A stretch of DNA of 64,000 bases. Origin: Halarcobacter sp. Its GTDB lineage: Bacteria > Campylobacterota > Campylobacteria > Campylobacterales > Arcobacteraceae. Shown here in pieces: positions 46,322-61,008 of this stretch. The DNA is taken from NCBI GenBank assembly GCA_963676565.1, contig OY781089.1, positions 2,912,001 to 2,976,000 on the forward strand, given 5' to 3'. The notes beneath the pieces are model-generated. The model was given only the letters and a program-made list of their open reading frames with translations, did no database searches and had not been told where the DNA came from. Position numbers and translations under genes: made by a program. Within the stretch, counting starts at the first letter, position 1. Every line of letters starts with the position of its first letter.

Positions 46322-48853
46322 TTGAGATATATTATATTTAGTGTTATTATGGTGAGTTTATTTCAAATGTTTTTTTGGATTTCTCATAATGATTTAGTTT
46401 CATTAATTGAGGCACCATACAAAAAAGTAGAGTCACTTTCATATACTCCATATTATGGATATGAAAGGAAAGCCTTATCATCTAAACAAATACAAAATGA
46501 TTTAAATCTATTATTTCCAATTACTAAAAAAATTAGAACATACTCTTCAGAAGATGCAAAAATCATTTTAGAAGCTTCATCAAAACAAATATTACCTATA
46601 GATTTAGGTATTTGGTTAAGTAGCAATTATGAAGAGAACTACTTAGAGATTCAAAAAGCTTTAAAGTTATTAAAAGCATATCCAAATAGTATAGAAAATA
46701 TTATTGTAGGGAATGAGGTTCTTCTAAGAAAAGATTTAAATAAAATTGAATTATTTGCATATATTAACTTTTTAAAAGCCTTTACAGATAAACCTATTTC
46801 AACTGCTGAAACATGGGATATATGGGAAAAGTTTCCAAATCTAACTAAGCATGTTGATTTTATAACAATTCATATTTTACCTTATTGGGAAAAAGCATCA
46901 ATTGAAAATTTTGATGACTTTATACTAAAAAAATATTCAATTATAAAAAATTTATTCCCAAATAAAAAAATATATATTGGAGAGATTGGATGGCCAAGTA
47001 ATGGATATAATAATAACAAAGCAATACCAAGCTTAGAAAATCAAGCAAAAGCTATTAGAGGTTTTGTAAACCTTGCTAAAAAAAACAACTGGTCTTATAA
47101 TATTATTGAAGCTTTTGATCAGCCATGGAAAGGTTACGAAGAAGGGAATATCGGCCAATACTGGGGAATTTTTGATGCAAATAGAAAACTAAAATTCAAT
47201 TTAGCTGGAGCTATTGAGACAAACCAATATTGGCTTTATCAAATGATAGGAGCTATATTTATTGGGGCTTTACTTACATTCTTTGGATTAAGACATAAAA
47301 AACTAAATCTAAATCACACTTTAGCTTATGCAATAGTAGCTCAAGGTATGGGCTTTGGTATTGTAATGGCTTTAATATATCCATTTATCAATTATATGAA
47401 TTTTGGTATGTGGATTATGTGGGGGATGGGAACATTTTTAATGATTCCTCTTGTTATTATAACTTTAGCAAAAGCAAATGAACTATTTAAATCCTCACTT
47501 GGAACACCTCCATCAAGGTTAGTTCCCATTGATTTAAAATCTAAAAATATCCCTTTTGTTTCTATTCATGTCCCAGCATATAAAGAAGAACCTCATGTTT
47601 TAGAAAAAACTTTAAGAGCTTTATCAAATCTAAATTATCCTAATTATGAAGTTTTAGTAATTATAAATAACACACCTGAAGAGTATTATTACAAACCTAT
47701 AGAAGCTTTATGTAAAGAGTTAGGTGAAAAATTTGTATTTATGAATATAGTTTGTTCTGGATTTAAAGCTGGTGCATTAAATAAAGCTTTGGAGCAAACA
47801 AATAAAGAAGCTGAAATAATTGCAGTTATTGATGCTGATTATGTAGTTGAATCACCTTGGCTAATAGATTTAGTCCCATTATTTGATGACTTAAAGGTGG
47901 CAATTGTACAAGCACCACAAGATCATAGAGATGGAGAAGAATCGATTCTAAAAACTGCTATGAATGCAGAATATGCAGGGTTCTTTGATATTGGAATGGT
48001 TGATAGAAATGAAGAAAATGCAATAGTGGTACATGGAACAATGGTTATGGTAAGATTAAGTGCAATGCTTGAAGTTGGGGGTTGGGGAACAGATACTATT
48101 GTTGAAGATAGTGAACTTGGTCTTAGATTATTTGAAGCTGGCTATATAGCTCATTATACAAACAAAAGATATGGTTATGGATTATTACCTGATACCTTTG
48201 AAGCTTTTAAAACACAAAGACATAGATGGGCCTACGGAGCTATTCAGATTTTGAAAAAACATTGGAGAGAATTAAAACCAAGTGCTACTAGACTTACCCC
48301 TACCCAAAAGAAAAAGTTTATTGCAGGATGGTTTTTTTGGCTAAGTGATGCTATGGGTCCTATTATGGTTGTGATGAATCTTATTTGGGTTCCTGTTATT
48401 GTTTTTGTAGGGGTTACAATCCCTACAATTCCACTAACAATCCCAATTATTACAATGTTTTTAGTAAATCTTTTCCATACATTTATTTTATATAAAATTA
48501 AAGTAAAAGCAAGTTTAAAAGAGACTTTTCTAAGCGCCATAGCTTCTATGAGTTTGCAACTTATTATTTTTAAAGCTGTTTGGGATGGATTTGTAAAAGA
48601 TGGATTACCATTTAAAAGAACTAAAAAAGGTGGAAAAGCTAAAAAAAGTAAAAGTCCTATAATATTTGAAATAATTTTGTGTTTCTTATTGTTGACATCT
48701 TTTTTTACATTAATTTTTATAAATAAAACAGATATTATTGAGATTTATGTATTTGCAGCAACTATATTTATTCAAAGTATTCCATATATATCTGCTATTA
48801 TTATGAGAACCTTAGAATTATATTCTATTAATTATCAAAAATCATTAGAGTAA
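46322..48853 (+). CDS. GH17 + GT2 fusion, NdvB-like beta-1,3-glucan synthase
   Basis: IVGNEVLLR, HILPYWE, IGEIGWPS (GH17); KAGALN, DADY, EDSELG, QRHRW (GT2). Confidence 0.88.
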   Translation: MRYIIFSVIMVSLFQMFFWISHNDLVSLIEAPYKKVESLSYTPYYGYERKALSSKQIQNDLNLLFPITKKIRTYSSEDAKIILEASSKQILPIDLGIWLSSNYEENYLEIQKALKLLKAYPNSIENIIVGNEVLLRKDLNKIELFAYINFLKAFTDKPISTAETWDIWEKFPNLTKHVDFITIHILPYWEKASIENFDDFILKKYSIIKNLFPNKKIYIGEIGWPSNGYNNNKAIPSLENQAKAIRGFVNLAKKNNWSYNIIEAFDQPWKGYEEGNIGQYWGIFDANRKLKFNLAGAIETNQYWLYQMIGAIFIGALLTFFGLRHKKLNLNHTLAYAIVAQGMGFGIVMALIYPFINYMNFGMWIMWGMGTFLMIPLVIITLAKANELFKSSLGTPPSRLVPIDLKSKNIPFVSIHVPAYKEEPHVLEKTLRALSNLNYPNYEVLVIINNTPEEYYYKPIEALCKELGEKFVFMNIVCSGFKAGALNKALEQTNKEAEIIAVIDADYVVESPWLIDLVPLFDDLKVAIVQAPQDHRDGEESILKTAMNAEYAGFFDIGMVDRNEENAIVVHGTMVMVRLSAMLEVGGWGTDTIVEDSELGLRLFEAGYIAHYTNKRYGYGLLPDTFEAFKTQRHRWAYGAIQILKKHWRELKPSATRLTPTQKKKFIAGWFFWLSDAMGPIMVVMNLIWVPVIVFVGVTIPTIPLTIPIITMFLVNLFHTFILYKIKVKASLKETFLSAIASMSLQLIIFKAVWDGFVKDGLPFKRTKKGGKAKKSKSPIIFEIILCFLLLTSFFTLIFINKTDIIEIYVFAATIFIQSIPYISAIIMRTLELYSINYQKSLE

Positions 48854-48895
48854 GAATAAATAGTTATTAATATTCATTTAGCTAAAATATCTCCT

Positions 48896-49609
48896 ATGAC
48901 AGATAAAGTATTTGATAAATCAATAACAAAACAGTTCGAGTTTGATGAAGAGGTTGCATCGGTCTTTGATGATATGTTAACCCGTTCTGTACCATTTTAT
49001 AAAGAGATGCAAAGATTAACAATAAGCTTTGCACTTAACTATTTAGAAGATGAAGATAAAGTGTATGATTTAGGTTGTTCTACAGCTTCAACTCTAATAG
49101 AGCTTAGTAAACATTCATCTAAAAAACTTCAATTAATAGGGATAGATAACTCAGAAGCTATGCTTGAAAGAGCTTCAAATAAATCTAAAGCTTTTGGGGT
49201 AGATATAAACTTCATAAATGAAGACTTGCACAATACAAGTTTTGATGATGCTAAACTAATCATTTCAAACTACACCCTACAATTTATTAGACCTCTTCAA
49301 AGAGAAAAATTAGTAAAAAAAATCTATAATAGTTTACAAAATAATGGTATTTTTATTTTTAGTGAAAAAGTAATCTCATCAGATAAAGTATTATCAAAAC
49401 AATATATTGATGAGTATTATGAATTTAAGAAAACTCAAGGTTATAGTGAATATGAAATATCACAAAAAAGAGAAGCCTTAGAGAATGTTCTTATACCTTA
49501 TACTGAAGAAGAAAATAAAAAAATGATATTGGATGCTGGATTTACCCATTGTGAAACACTTTTTAAGTGGGTTAATTTTGCAACATTTATCGCTATAAAA
49601 AAATCATAA
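48896..49609 (+). CDS. cmoA: Carboxy-SAM synthase
   Basis: [41 protein letters not shown]. Confidence 0.95.
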   Translation: MTDKVFDKSITKQFEFDEEVASVFDDMLTRSVPFYKEMQRLTISFALNYLEDEDKVYDLGCSTASTLIELSKHSSKKLQLIGIDNSEAMLERASNKSKAFGVDINFINEDLHNTSFDDAKLIISNYTLQFIRPLQREKLVKKIYNSLQNNGIFIFSEKVISSDKVLSKQYIDEYYEFKKTQGYSEYEISQKREALENVLIPYTEEENKKMILDAGFTHCETLFKWVNFATFIAIKKS

Positions 49610-49664
49610 AGCTTCTTTTAATAGGAATTTATTTTCTATTAAAGAAATAAAAAGGAATATTAAT

Positions 49665-50171
49665 ATGTTAGAAATTGGACAGCAAGCTCCAGACTTTTGT
49701 GCAAAAAACCAAGATGATATTGAAATTTGTTCTAGAGATTTAAAAGGTAAATGGATTGTATTATACTTTTATCCAAAAGATTTAACTCCAGGTTGTACTA
49801 CACAAGCTTGTGATTTCACTGAAGCTGAGCCACAATTTGATGACTTAGATGCAATCATTTTAGGAGTAAGTCCTGATGATACTGCTAAACATAGAAAATT
49901 TATAGAGAAAAAAGAACTTTCTATTACACTTTTATCAGATGAATCAAAAAAGATGTGTGAAGATTATGGTGTATGGCAATTAAAAAAATTCATGGGTAAA
50001 GAGTATATGGGTGTAGTAAGAACTACATTTATTATAAATCCGGATGGAAATATCGCTGCTATTTGGGATAAAGTTAATGTTAGAAAGAAAAAAACTGTAA
50101 AAGGTGAGAAGATAGAAATTCTTCATGTTAATGAAGTAAAAGAGAAACTTCAAGAACTACAATCAAAATAA
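49665..50171 (+). CDS. bcp: Peroxiredoxin Bcp
   Basis: YFYPKDLTPGCTTQACDF. Confidence 0.95.
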   Translation: MLEIGQQAPDFCAKNQDDIEICSRDLKGKWIVLYFYPKDLTPGCTTQACDFTEAEPQFDDLDAIILGVSPDDTAKHRKFIEKKELSITLLSDESKKMCEDYGVWQLKKFMGKEYMGVVRTTFIINPDGNIAAIWDKVNVRKKKTVKGEKIEILHVNEVKEKLQELQSK

Positions 50172-50179
50172 GGAATAAT

Positions 50180-51262
50180 ATGAAGTATTTAACAAAAGGC
50201 TTAATAACAATTTTTGCTTCAACTTTTATAGTTCAAGGTTTAAATGCAAAAACTACAATGTGTTACAAAAATGAATGGAAATCTCCTTCAACTATTGAAA
50301 CTGTAAAACTAGATGGTGGTGAATGTAATGGTAACTTCTCATACAAAGAGATGATGAAAAAAGGCTGGAACTTAAAAGATATTACAATTACTAAAGGGAA
50401 AGAGGGATTAAATTATACTTATTTACTTAGTGATGAAGAAGAAATAAAAGTTGACAACTCAAATTTTATGGAGAATAAAGTTGCAAAACTAGACTATCGA
50501 GCTATGGCAACAAGATTAAAAAATGTTACAGACGATAGTGCAACAATTGCTATTGGTAACTTAAGAGTTGGTCAAAGTGCTGTAATCCAACACAATTATG
50601 AAAATGGAAAATCTTTACTTGTAGCAAATGGTTTTGTTACTTCATCAAATGAAAATAGCTCAACATTAAAATTAACTCCTTTTTTAGATATAAAACAAAA
50701 TGCTCTACCAACTTCAAATAGAAAAGCTGTTGAAGGTGATATTGCTATTATTAACTATTTATATGATACATCTTTAATTATTGCACCTTCGCAAGATGCC
50801 TTTACAGCAACAAGAAACAAATACAGAGATAATAACTTCTTACACTCTGATTTATTTGCAGCAAAATTAAAAGATGAAGGTGAACCAATCCCTTCTAAAA
50901 AAATAATTCAAGATTATGCAATATCACAAAATATTGGGACAATATTTTTTGTTATTAAAAATAAAGTTTATATTGTAGATTCAAAAACATTTGCAATATT
51001 AGATAGTGATACAATCTCTTATAACTTTGTAGAAAATGAACAAATGCCATTTTATACAAGAATTGAAAAGATTGAAAAGAACATTATAAAAAAAGTTACA
51101 GAGTATACTGAATGGTTCTCATTTTTAGATAGATTTATTGGAAATGATAAAAGAACAGAAGATGAAGTTTTATTAGAAGATTATGTTAAGTCAGGGGAAC
51201 TTGAAGTAAAAGCTGAAATTTATAATGATTATTATGAAAAATTATTAGGTATTAAAAAATGA
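50180..51262 (+). CDS. Exported protein with plasminogen-binding protein (PgbA) N-terminal-like domain
   Basis: Signal peptide; VGQSAVI, LIIAP, FLHSDLFA, PFYTR. Confidence 0.7.
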   Translation: MKYLTKGLITIFASTFIVQGLNAKTTMCYKNEWKSPSTIETVKLDGGECNGNFSYKEMMKKGWNLKDITITKGKEGLNYTYLLSDEEEIKVDNSNFMENKVAKLDYRAMATRLKNVTDDSATIAIGNLRVGQSAVIQHNYENGKSLLVANGFVTSSNENSSTLKLTPFLDIKQNALPTSNRKAVEGDIAIINYLYDTSLIIAPSQDAFTATRNKYRDNNFLHSDLFAAKLKDEGEPIPSKKIIQDYAISQNIGTIFFVIKNKVYIVDSKTFAILDSDTISYNFVENEQMPFYTRIEKIEKNIIKKVTEYTEWFSFLDRFIGNDKRTEDEVLLEDYVKSGELEVKAEIYNDYYEKLLGIKK

Positions 51263-52650
51263 TAGATGAAGCGCATATTGACTACTTTAAATCAGTAGTT
51301 GGTGAAGAAAATGTAAAAGCTGATAAGGCACATTTGATTGCATATTGTTATGATGCAACAAGGGAAAGATTTGAACCAGATGCAGTAGTATTTCCAAGGG
51401 ATGAAGAAGATATCTCTAAAATATTAAAATATTGCAATGAACACAAAGTTGTAATTGTACCAAGGGGAGCAGGTTCTGGTTTTACAGGTGGTTCACTTCC
51501 ATCAAATGGAGGAATTATCTTAAGCCTTGAGCGACATATGAATAAGCTTTTAGAAATAGATATGGAAAATATGGTTGGGGTAGTTCAACCAGGACTTATT
51601 AATATGGATTTCCAAAAAGCAGTTGAAAAAGTTGGTTTATTTTATCCGCCAGACCCTGCAAGTGAAGACTACTCTACTTTAGGGGGAAATGTTTCTGAAA
51701 ATGCAGGTGGAATGAGAGCAGCAAAATATGGGATTACAAAAGATTATGTAGTTGCACTAAGAGCTGTACTACCAAATGGAGATATTATAGTTGCAGGTAA
51801 AAAAACTATCAAAGATGTAGCTGGATATAATACAGCTGGTATCTTAATAGCAAGTGAAGGAACATTAGCAGTTATTACTGAAATTACTTTAAAACTAATT
51901 CCAAAACCAAAATTTAGCCAAACATATATGGGTATTTTCCCAGATGTAAATAAAGCAATGAATGCAGTATTTAAATCACTTGCAAGTGGTGCTAATCCTG
52001 TTGCAATGGAGTTTTTAGATTCACTTGTAATAAAAGCTTTAAAACAAAAGTTTCCACAAGTGGAATTACCAAGTGATGCAGGTGGAATATTAGTTGGGGA
52101 TGTTGATGGAAGTAGTGAAGCTGAAATCAAAGCTCAACTTGAAACATTGAAAGAATCATTTGCAAATAATGGTTCTATTGACTTTATTGAAGCAAGAGAT
52201 GAAAACCATGGAAAACAACTATGGTTTGCAAGAAGAAATGCAAGTCCTGCAACGGCTATTTATGGAACAAAAAAATTAAATGAAGATATTTCTGTTCCAA
52301 GAAGTAAACTTCCAGAAGCATTAGATGGTATTTATGCAATTGGTGAAAAGTATGGATTTAATGTTCCTTGTTTTGGTCATGCAGGGGATGGAAATATTCA
52401 CGTTAATGTAATGGTTAAAGATAAGACAAATGAAAAAGAAATGGAAGATGGACACAAAGCTATTGAAGAGATTTTCCAACTTGTTGTTGATATGGGTGGA
52501 ACTTTAAGTGGTGAGCATGGAATTGGTTTATCAAAAGCTCCATTTATGAATATTGCCTTTACAGATGCTGAACTAAATTTATTTAGTAATATCAAAAAAG
52601 CTTTTGATCCAAACAACATTTTAAATCCATTTAAAATGGGATTAAAATAA
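51259..52650 (+). CDS. glcD: FAD-linked oxidase, glycolate oxidase subunit GlcD-like
   Basis: PRGAGSG, YPPDPAS, GHAGDGNIH, SGEHGIG, LNP. Confidence 0.9.
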   Translation: MIDEAHIDYFKSVVGEENVKADKAHLIAYCYDATRERFEPDAVVFPRDEEDISKILKYCNEHKVVIVPRGAGSGFTGGSLPSNGGIILSLERHMNKLLEIDMENMVGVVQPGLINMDFQKAVEKVGLFYPPDPASEDYSTLGGNVSENAGGMRAAKYGITKDYVVALRAVLPNGDIIVAGKKTIKDVAGYNTAGILIASEGTLAVITEITLKLIPKPKFSQTYMGIFPDVNKAMNAVFKSLASGANPVAMEFLDSLVIKALKQKFPQVELPSDAGGILVGDVDGSSEAEIKAQLETLKESFANNGSIDFIEARDENHGKQLWFARRNASPATAIYGTKKLNEDISVPRSKLPEALDGIYAIGEKYGFNVPCFGHAGDGNIHVNVMVKDKTNEKEMEDGHKAIEEIFQLVVDMGGTLSGEHGIGLSKAPFMNIAFTDAELNLFSNIKKAFDPNNILNPFKMGLK

Positions 52651-52660
52651 AGAATATGAA

Positions 52661-53455
52661 ATGGAAGAGCCAGAGATTGTAAAACATCCAGTTAAGACAA
52701 TATTAAGGGCATTAGACTCATTTTTTAATGATGACACAACTTATTATGCCGCAAGTCTTAGCTTCTTTACAATCTTCTCTTTACTACCTATAATTGCCCT
52801 ATTAATTGCAATTATCTCAAGCTTAGAAGTAACTCAACAATATCTTGATATATTTGTAAACTATATCTTTGATTTATTAAACCCTACTCACTCAAAAGAT
52901 TTTATTGATACATTAAAAAACTATATATCAAATTCTGGAAAACTAGGTTTGTTAGGTATTTTATATATGCTTTTTGTATTTATTATGTTTTTTAAAGACT
53001 ATGAGTATATTGTTAATAAGATACATAGAGCAAAGAGAAAACCATTATTACAATCATTTTTCTTTTATCTATTTTTTCTAATAACACTTCCTATGATGTT
53101 AGCAGTTTTAAATATTGCACTATCTTTTTATGACAATACAATTTTTAATTGGTTAGTAACATTTTCTTTTGCTTGGTTAATTTTCTTTGGTTTGTTTAAA
53201 CTAAGTGTTAATAAGCCAATAAGTACAAAAGCAGCTGCTATATCATCACTATTTACTTTAATAGTACTTTCTATTACAAAAAACCTATTTATCTACTATG
53301 TGGTCTATAATAAAACATATACAACTATCTATGGCTCACTAGCTATTTTACTTTTTTCATTTTTTTGGATTTATATCTCTTGGATAATTTACCTTTATGG
53401 AATTAAAATGTGTCACAGAATAAATATTCAAGAAAAAAGACAAGATAACAAATAA
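52661..53455 (+). CDS. YihY/BrkB family membrane protein
   Basis: AASLSFFTIFSLLP, YTTIYGSLA...WIYISW. Confidence 0.9.
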   Translation: MEEPEIVKHPVKTILRALDSFFNDDTTYYAASLSFFTIFSLLPIIALLIAIISSLEVTQQYLDIFVNYIFDLLNPTHSKDFIDTLKNYISNSGKLGLLGILYMLFVFIMFFKDYEYIVNKIHRAKRKPLLQSFFFYLFFLITLPMMLAVLNIALSFYDNTIFNWLVTFSFAWLIFFGLFKLSVNKPISTKAAAISSLFTLIVLSITKNLFIYYVVYNKTYTTIYGSLAILLFSFFWIYISWIIYLYGIKMCHRINIQEKRQDNK

Positions 53456-53509
53456 AAAATTAGACACACATATCAAATAAGAGTATACTTCTTCTTAAAG
53501 GAGTTCATT

Positions 53510-54061
53510 ATGAAATTAATTAAATTATTTACACTAATTACATTATTTATATCTATAGTATATGCAGATAGCGTTGTTCAAAAAAGAACAGAGATAAATA
53601 AAGAAAATAATAAAATACTAAATATGCTTTATAAAACTTATCCTAAATCAAAATCACAAATCCAAAATGCGTATGGGTATGCAACATTTAGTAATATTGG
53701 AGTAAATCTAATTTTCTTCTCTGCTGAAGGTGGCAGTGGCGTAGCTGTTAATAATAAAACAAAAAAAAGAATATATATGAAAATGGGCTCAGCAGGGGTT
53801 GGTATAGGTCTTGGAGTTAAAGACTTTCGTGCAATTTTTATCTTTGATAATAAAAAAGTTTTCAATACCTTTATCAATAATGGATGGGAAGCAAATGCAC
53901 AAGCAGATGCAGCAGCAAAATCTGATAAAAAAGGTGGCTCTATAGAAGGAGCAATAACAGTTCAACCTGGTATGAAGCTATATAAACTTACAAAAAATGG
54001 TTTAGCACTGCAAACAACAATTCAAGGTACTAAGTATTGGAAAGATGGTGATTTAAATTAG
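53510..54061 (+). CDS. Exported Ysc84/SYLF-like protein
   Basis: Signal peptide; AYGYATF, GGSG, GVGIGLG, GTKYWKD. Confidence 0.75.
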   Translation: MKLIKLFTLITLFISIVYADSVVQKRTEINKENNKILNMLYKTYPKSKSQIQNAYGYATFSNIGVNLIFFSAEGGSGVAVNNKTKKRIYMKMGSAGVGIGLGVKDFRAIFIFDNKKVFNTFINNGWEANAQADAAAKSDKKGGSIEGAITVQPGMKLYKLTKNGLALQTTIQGTKYWKDGDLN

Positions 54062-54079
54062 TAAGTCTATTTTATTAGC

Positions 54080-54155
54080 TGGTGCCCACAGCAAGATTTG
54101 AACTTGCAACCTCCTCCTTACCATGGAGTTGCTCTACCGTTGGAGCTATGCAGGC
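54080..54155 (-). tRNA. tRNA-Thr(GGT), somewhat divergent
   Basis: 76-nt cloverleaf GCCTGCA...TGTGGGCACCA; anticodon loop ATGGTAA; T-loop TTCAAAT. Confidence 0.88.
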
Positions 54156-54257
54156 ACATTCTAAAATGAGAATGAAATTTTATCTTTCAAGCCCTTTGTT
54201 TATCCTTAATTTAAATTAAATGATATAATATGTTTTATTTTTTATTTTAGGCTACTT

Positions 54258-55034
54258 ATGACACATTCAAATTTAGATAATTTTCACCTAGTTGATATTC
54301 AAAACCCTATTCATCCATCTATATTTTATGATGATCAAGAGTATGATCTTTTTATTTTAAGATTACCCCAAATAAAAAATGATAGTTTTGATTTACACAG
54401 TTATGCTTTTATAATTACTCAAGAGAGCTATTACTACTATGATAAAAATAAAGATGGATTTAATGACTTAAAAGACTTTAAGCATTTTTATCAGTTTTTA
54501 AATAAGTTAATAAATAACACAATGAAATTAACCACAAGTTTTTCTACAAATATTTCTGAATTAGAAGAACATGTTTATCAAGAAAAGACACATAAAAACT
54601 TTAACGCAACATGGTTTTCCCATAAAAATGATTTAATAAAAATAAATAGAGTGCTTCTTAAAGCAACTGAAGCTATTGAAGATATCATGTTTAAATATAA
54701 GAATGAAGATGACTATCTCGAAAGAAACTTTGCAGATATTCAAGAACATATTCAAAGAGCAAATAGAAATATAGAGCATTGTTTAGAGAAGCTAGATACC
54801 TTATTTAGTTTTTATCAAACACAAATTAATGAGCAATCTAATAAAATTGTCTATATACTAACTTTACTTTCAGGAATTTTTTTACCATTAAATTTTATAG
54901 TTGGATTCTTTGGTATGAATACAACCTCTCTACCCTTTACAAAAGAAAATGGTGGTACTTTAACCGTTGTGATTATATTAATAATAACAGGATTACTAAC
55001 AACATTAATAACCTTGTTGATGAGAAGAAGGTAG
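54258..55034 (+). CDS. corA: CorA family Mg2+/Co2+ transporter
   Basis: FLPLNFIVGFFGMN motif and two C-terminal TM helices. Confidence 0.88.
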   Translation: MTHSNLDNFHLVDIQNPIHPSIFYDDQEYDLFILRLPQIKNDSFDLHSYAFIITQESYYYYDKNKDGFNDLKDFKHFYQFLNKLINNTMKLTTSFSTNISELEEHVYQEKTHKNFNATWFSHKNDLIKINRVLLKATEAIEDIMFKYKNEDDYLERNFADIQEHIQRANRNIEHCLEKLDTLFSFYQTQINEQSNKIVYILTLLSGIFLPLNFIVGFFGMNTTSLPFTKENGGTLTVVIILIITGLLTTLITLLMRRR

Positions 55035-55227
55035 CAAATAGTAAAAACTAATTACGAGAATATAAAAAAGATAAGAAGTAAAAATAAAAAAGATAAAGAT
55101 TATGAGGGGGAAAAGGCTAAAAAAAAAGCTTCACCCAGATCAACTAAAAAAAGTTAACTAGAATGAAGCTTCAGAATTTGTCCCTGAAAAAGATGATAAT
55201 CTTTTTTAGTACAAATATATACTCAAG

Positions 55228-55344
55228 AGCTGGCAGCGGCCTACGTTTCCACAAGGGGACCCTGCAGTATTATCAGCGCAGAAGTGCTTGACTTCCAGGT
55301 TCGGAATGGAGCTGGGTATTTCCACTTCGCTAAAACCACCAGCA
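55228..55344 (-). rRNA. rrf: 5S rRNA
   Basis: Conserved 5S sequence (CCATTCCGAAC on minus strand); ends approximate. Confidence 0.95.
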
Positions 55345-55530
55345 ATATGAGTAAAGAAAGTAATTAGTAATTGGTTACTAGTAATTAGTAACGTTACTCT
55401 CTTTACTCACATTAGGTTCTATGAGTTTTAAAAGTTAAATGTTAAAAGTCTTTGCGTTATTGCTAACGTCTTACACAATTTGTATTAAATGCTATACATT
55501 TAATAAGATAGTAAACCAAGAAATATATAA

Positions 55531-58406
<2,876 letters not shown>

Positions 58407-58782
58407 AATAAAAGTATCTCTACTTCTACCTTATTTGAGAAATTAACTAATTAAAGTTAATTGCTTTTTTGAATAATTATTCCTTGGCTACTATCTTATT
58501 AAACATATTGCTATATTAAATAAAACAGTTGTGTCTATCATTAATTAGATATTTAATTAAAAATATCTGATTTAGATATGAAATTTTTTATTTTTTAAAT
58601 CATCTTCATACGAAAGATTAATTTAAACGAAAAAAATTAAAGACTTTAACATTAAATTTTTAAATAACATAATCATTTTTCAATGATTGTTTAGATCATA
58701 AGATCTAATATAAATTCAAATTCATTTGAACTTATATTAAATCTATTTATTTGATTTTTACTTTTATAGTTTATTTAATAGA

Positions 58783-58858
58783 TGGTGGAGATAAGCGGGA
58801 TCGAACCGCTGACCTCCTGCGTGCAAGGCAGGCGCTCTCCCAGCTGAGCTATATCCCC
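58783..58858 (-). tRNA. tRNA-Ala(TGC)
   Basis: GGGGATATAGCTCAG...CTTGCAC...TCCACCA in the ITS. Confidence 0.97.
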
Positions 58859-58892
58859 ACATATAATCTTATTATCAAAGATTATTTAATAA

Positions 58893-58969
58893 TGGTGGGC
58901 CTACCAGGACTTGAACCTGGGACCTCACGATTATCAGTCGAGCGCTCTAGCCAGCTGAGCTATAGGCCC
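58893..58969 (-). tRNA. tRNA-Ile(GAT)
   Basis: GGGCCTATAGCTCAG...CTGATAA...CCCACCA in the ITS. Confidence 0.97.
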
Positions 58970-59137
58970 ATTTGTCACCTATTTTTTAAATAATCTTTAT
59001 AAACCGAACACAATAAACTATCTATTTTTTTTCTCATCTTATTTGCTACATTTGTACGCTTAAAAAATCTACGATTTTCCAAGGTAACTGTCGTGTTGTA
59101 GCTTCTGAGCTAAGAAACGAATCTTAGCTCTTTCTCT

Positions 59138-60654
<1,517 letters not shown>

Positions 60655-60927
60655 ATAAAAAGTTTAATCTTGACTTTATTTTAGTAACTCTAAAGTTACA
60701 AAATAAATCTCAATTTGTAAAGCTAAGCTTTATGTTAAATAGACAAGGATATGTTATTACCATATTCTTGTTTCGTGTTTATTTCTCTACATCTTCATGT
60801 AGTAAATAGTTTTATCATATTCGGTTTATAAAGATTATTATCTTAACAAACCTTTTATTGTTAAAGAACGTTTGAATCGATACTCTCAACCTTGTTTCGT
60901 TAAGTGTGTCACTCAAATTGGACGGGA

Positions 60928-60956
60928 ATTATAATAGAATTTTTACCCCTTGTCAA
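60928..60956 (-). promoter_or_regulatory. rRNA operon sigma-70 promoter
   Basis: TTGACA-17 nt-TATAAT on minus strand; boxA-like GTTCTTTAACA downstream (~60859-60869). Confidence 0.85.
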
Positions 60957-61008
60957 GGGTTTTTTATTAATATTCGCTTAAATTTTGAAATTCTTTGAAA
61001 TTTAGTTT

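Noticed and set aside
4047..53877. Short antisense ORFs nested in long genes (e.g. 7824-8342, 9430-9720, 51744-52130)
   Set aside because: Shadow ORFs opposite well-supported CDSs, with Phe/Ser/Leu-biased composition and no SD.
55349..55409. AGTAATTAGTAA repeats and hairpin between 23S and 5S
   Set aside because: Explained as an ordinary rRNA spacer stem-loop.
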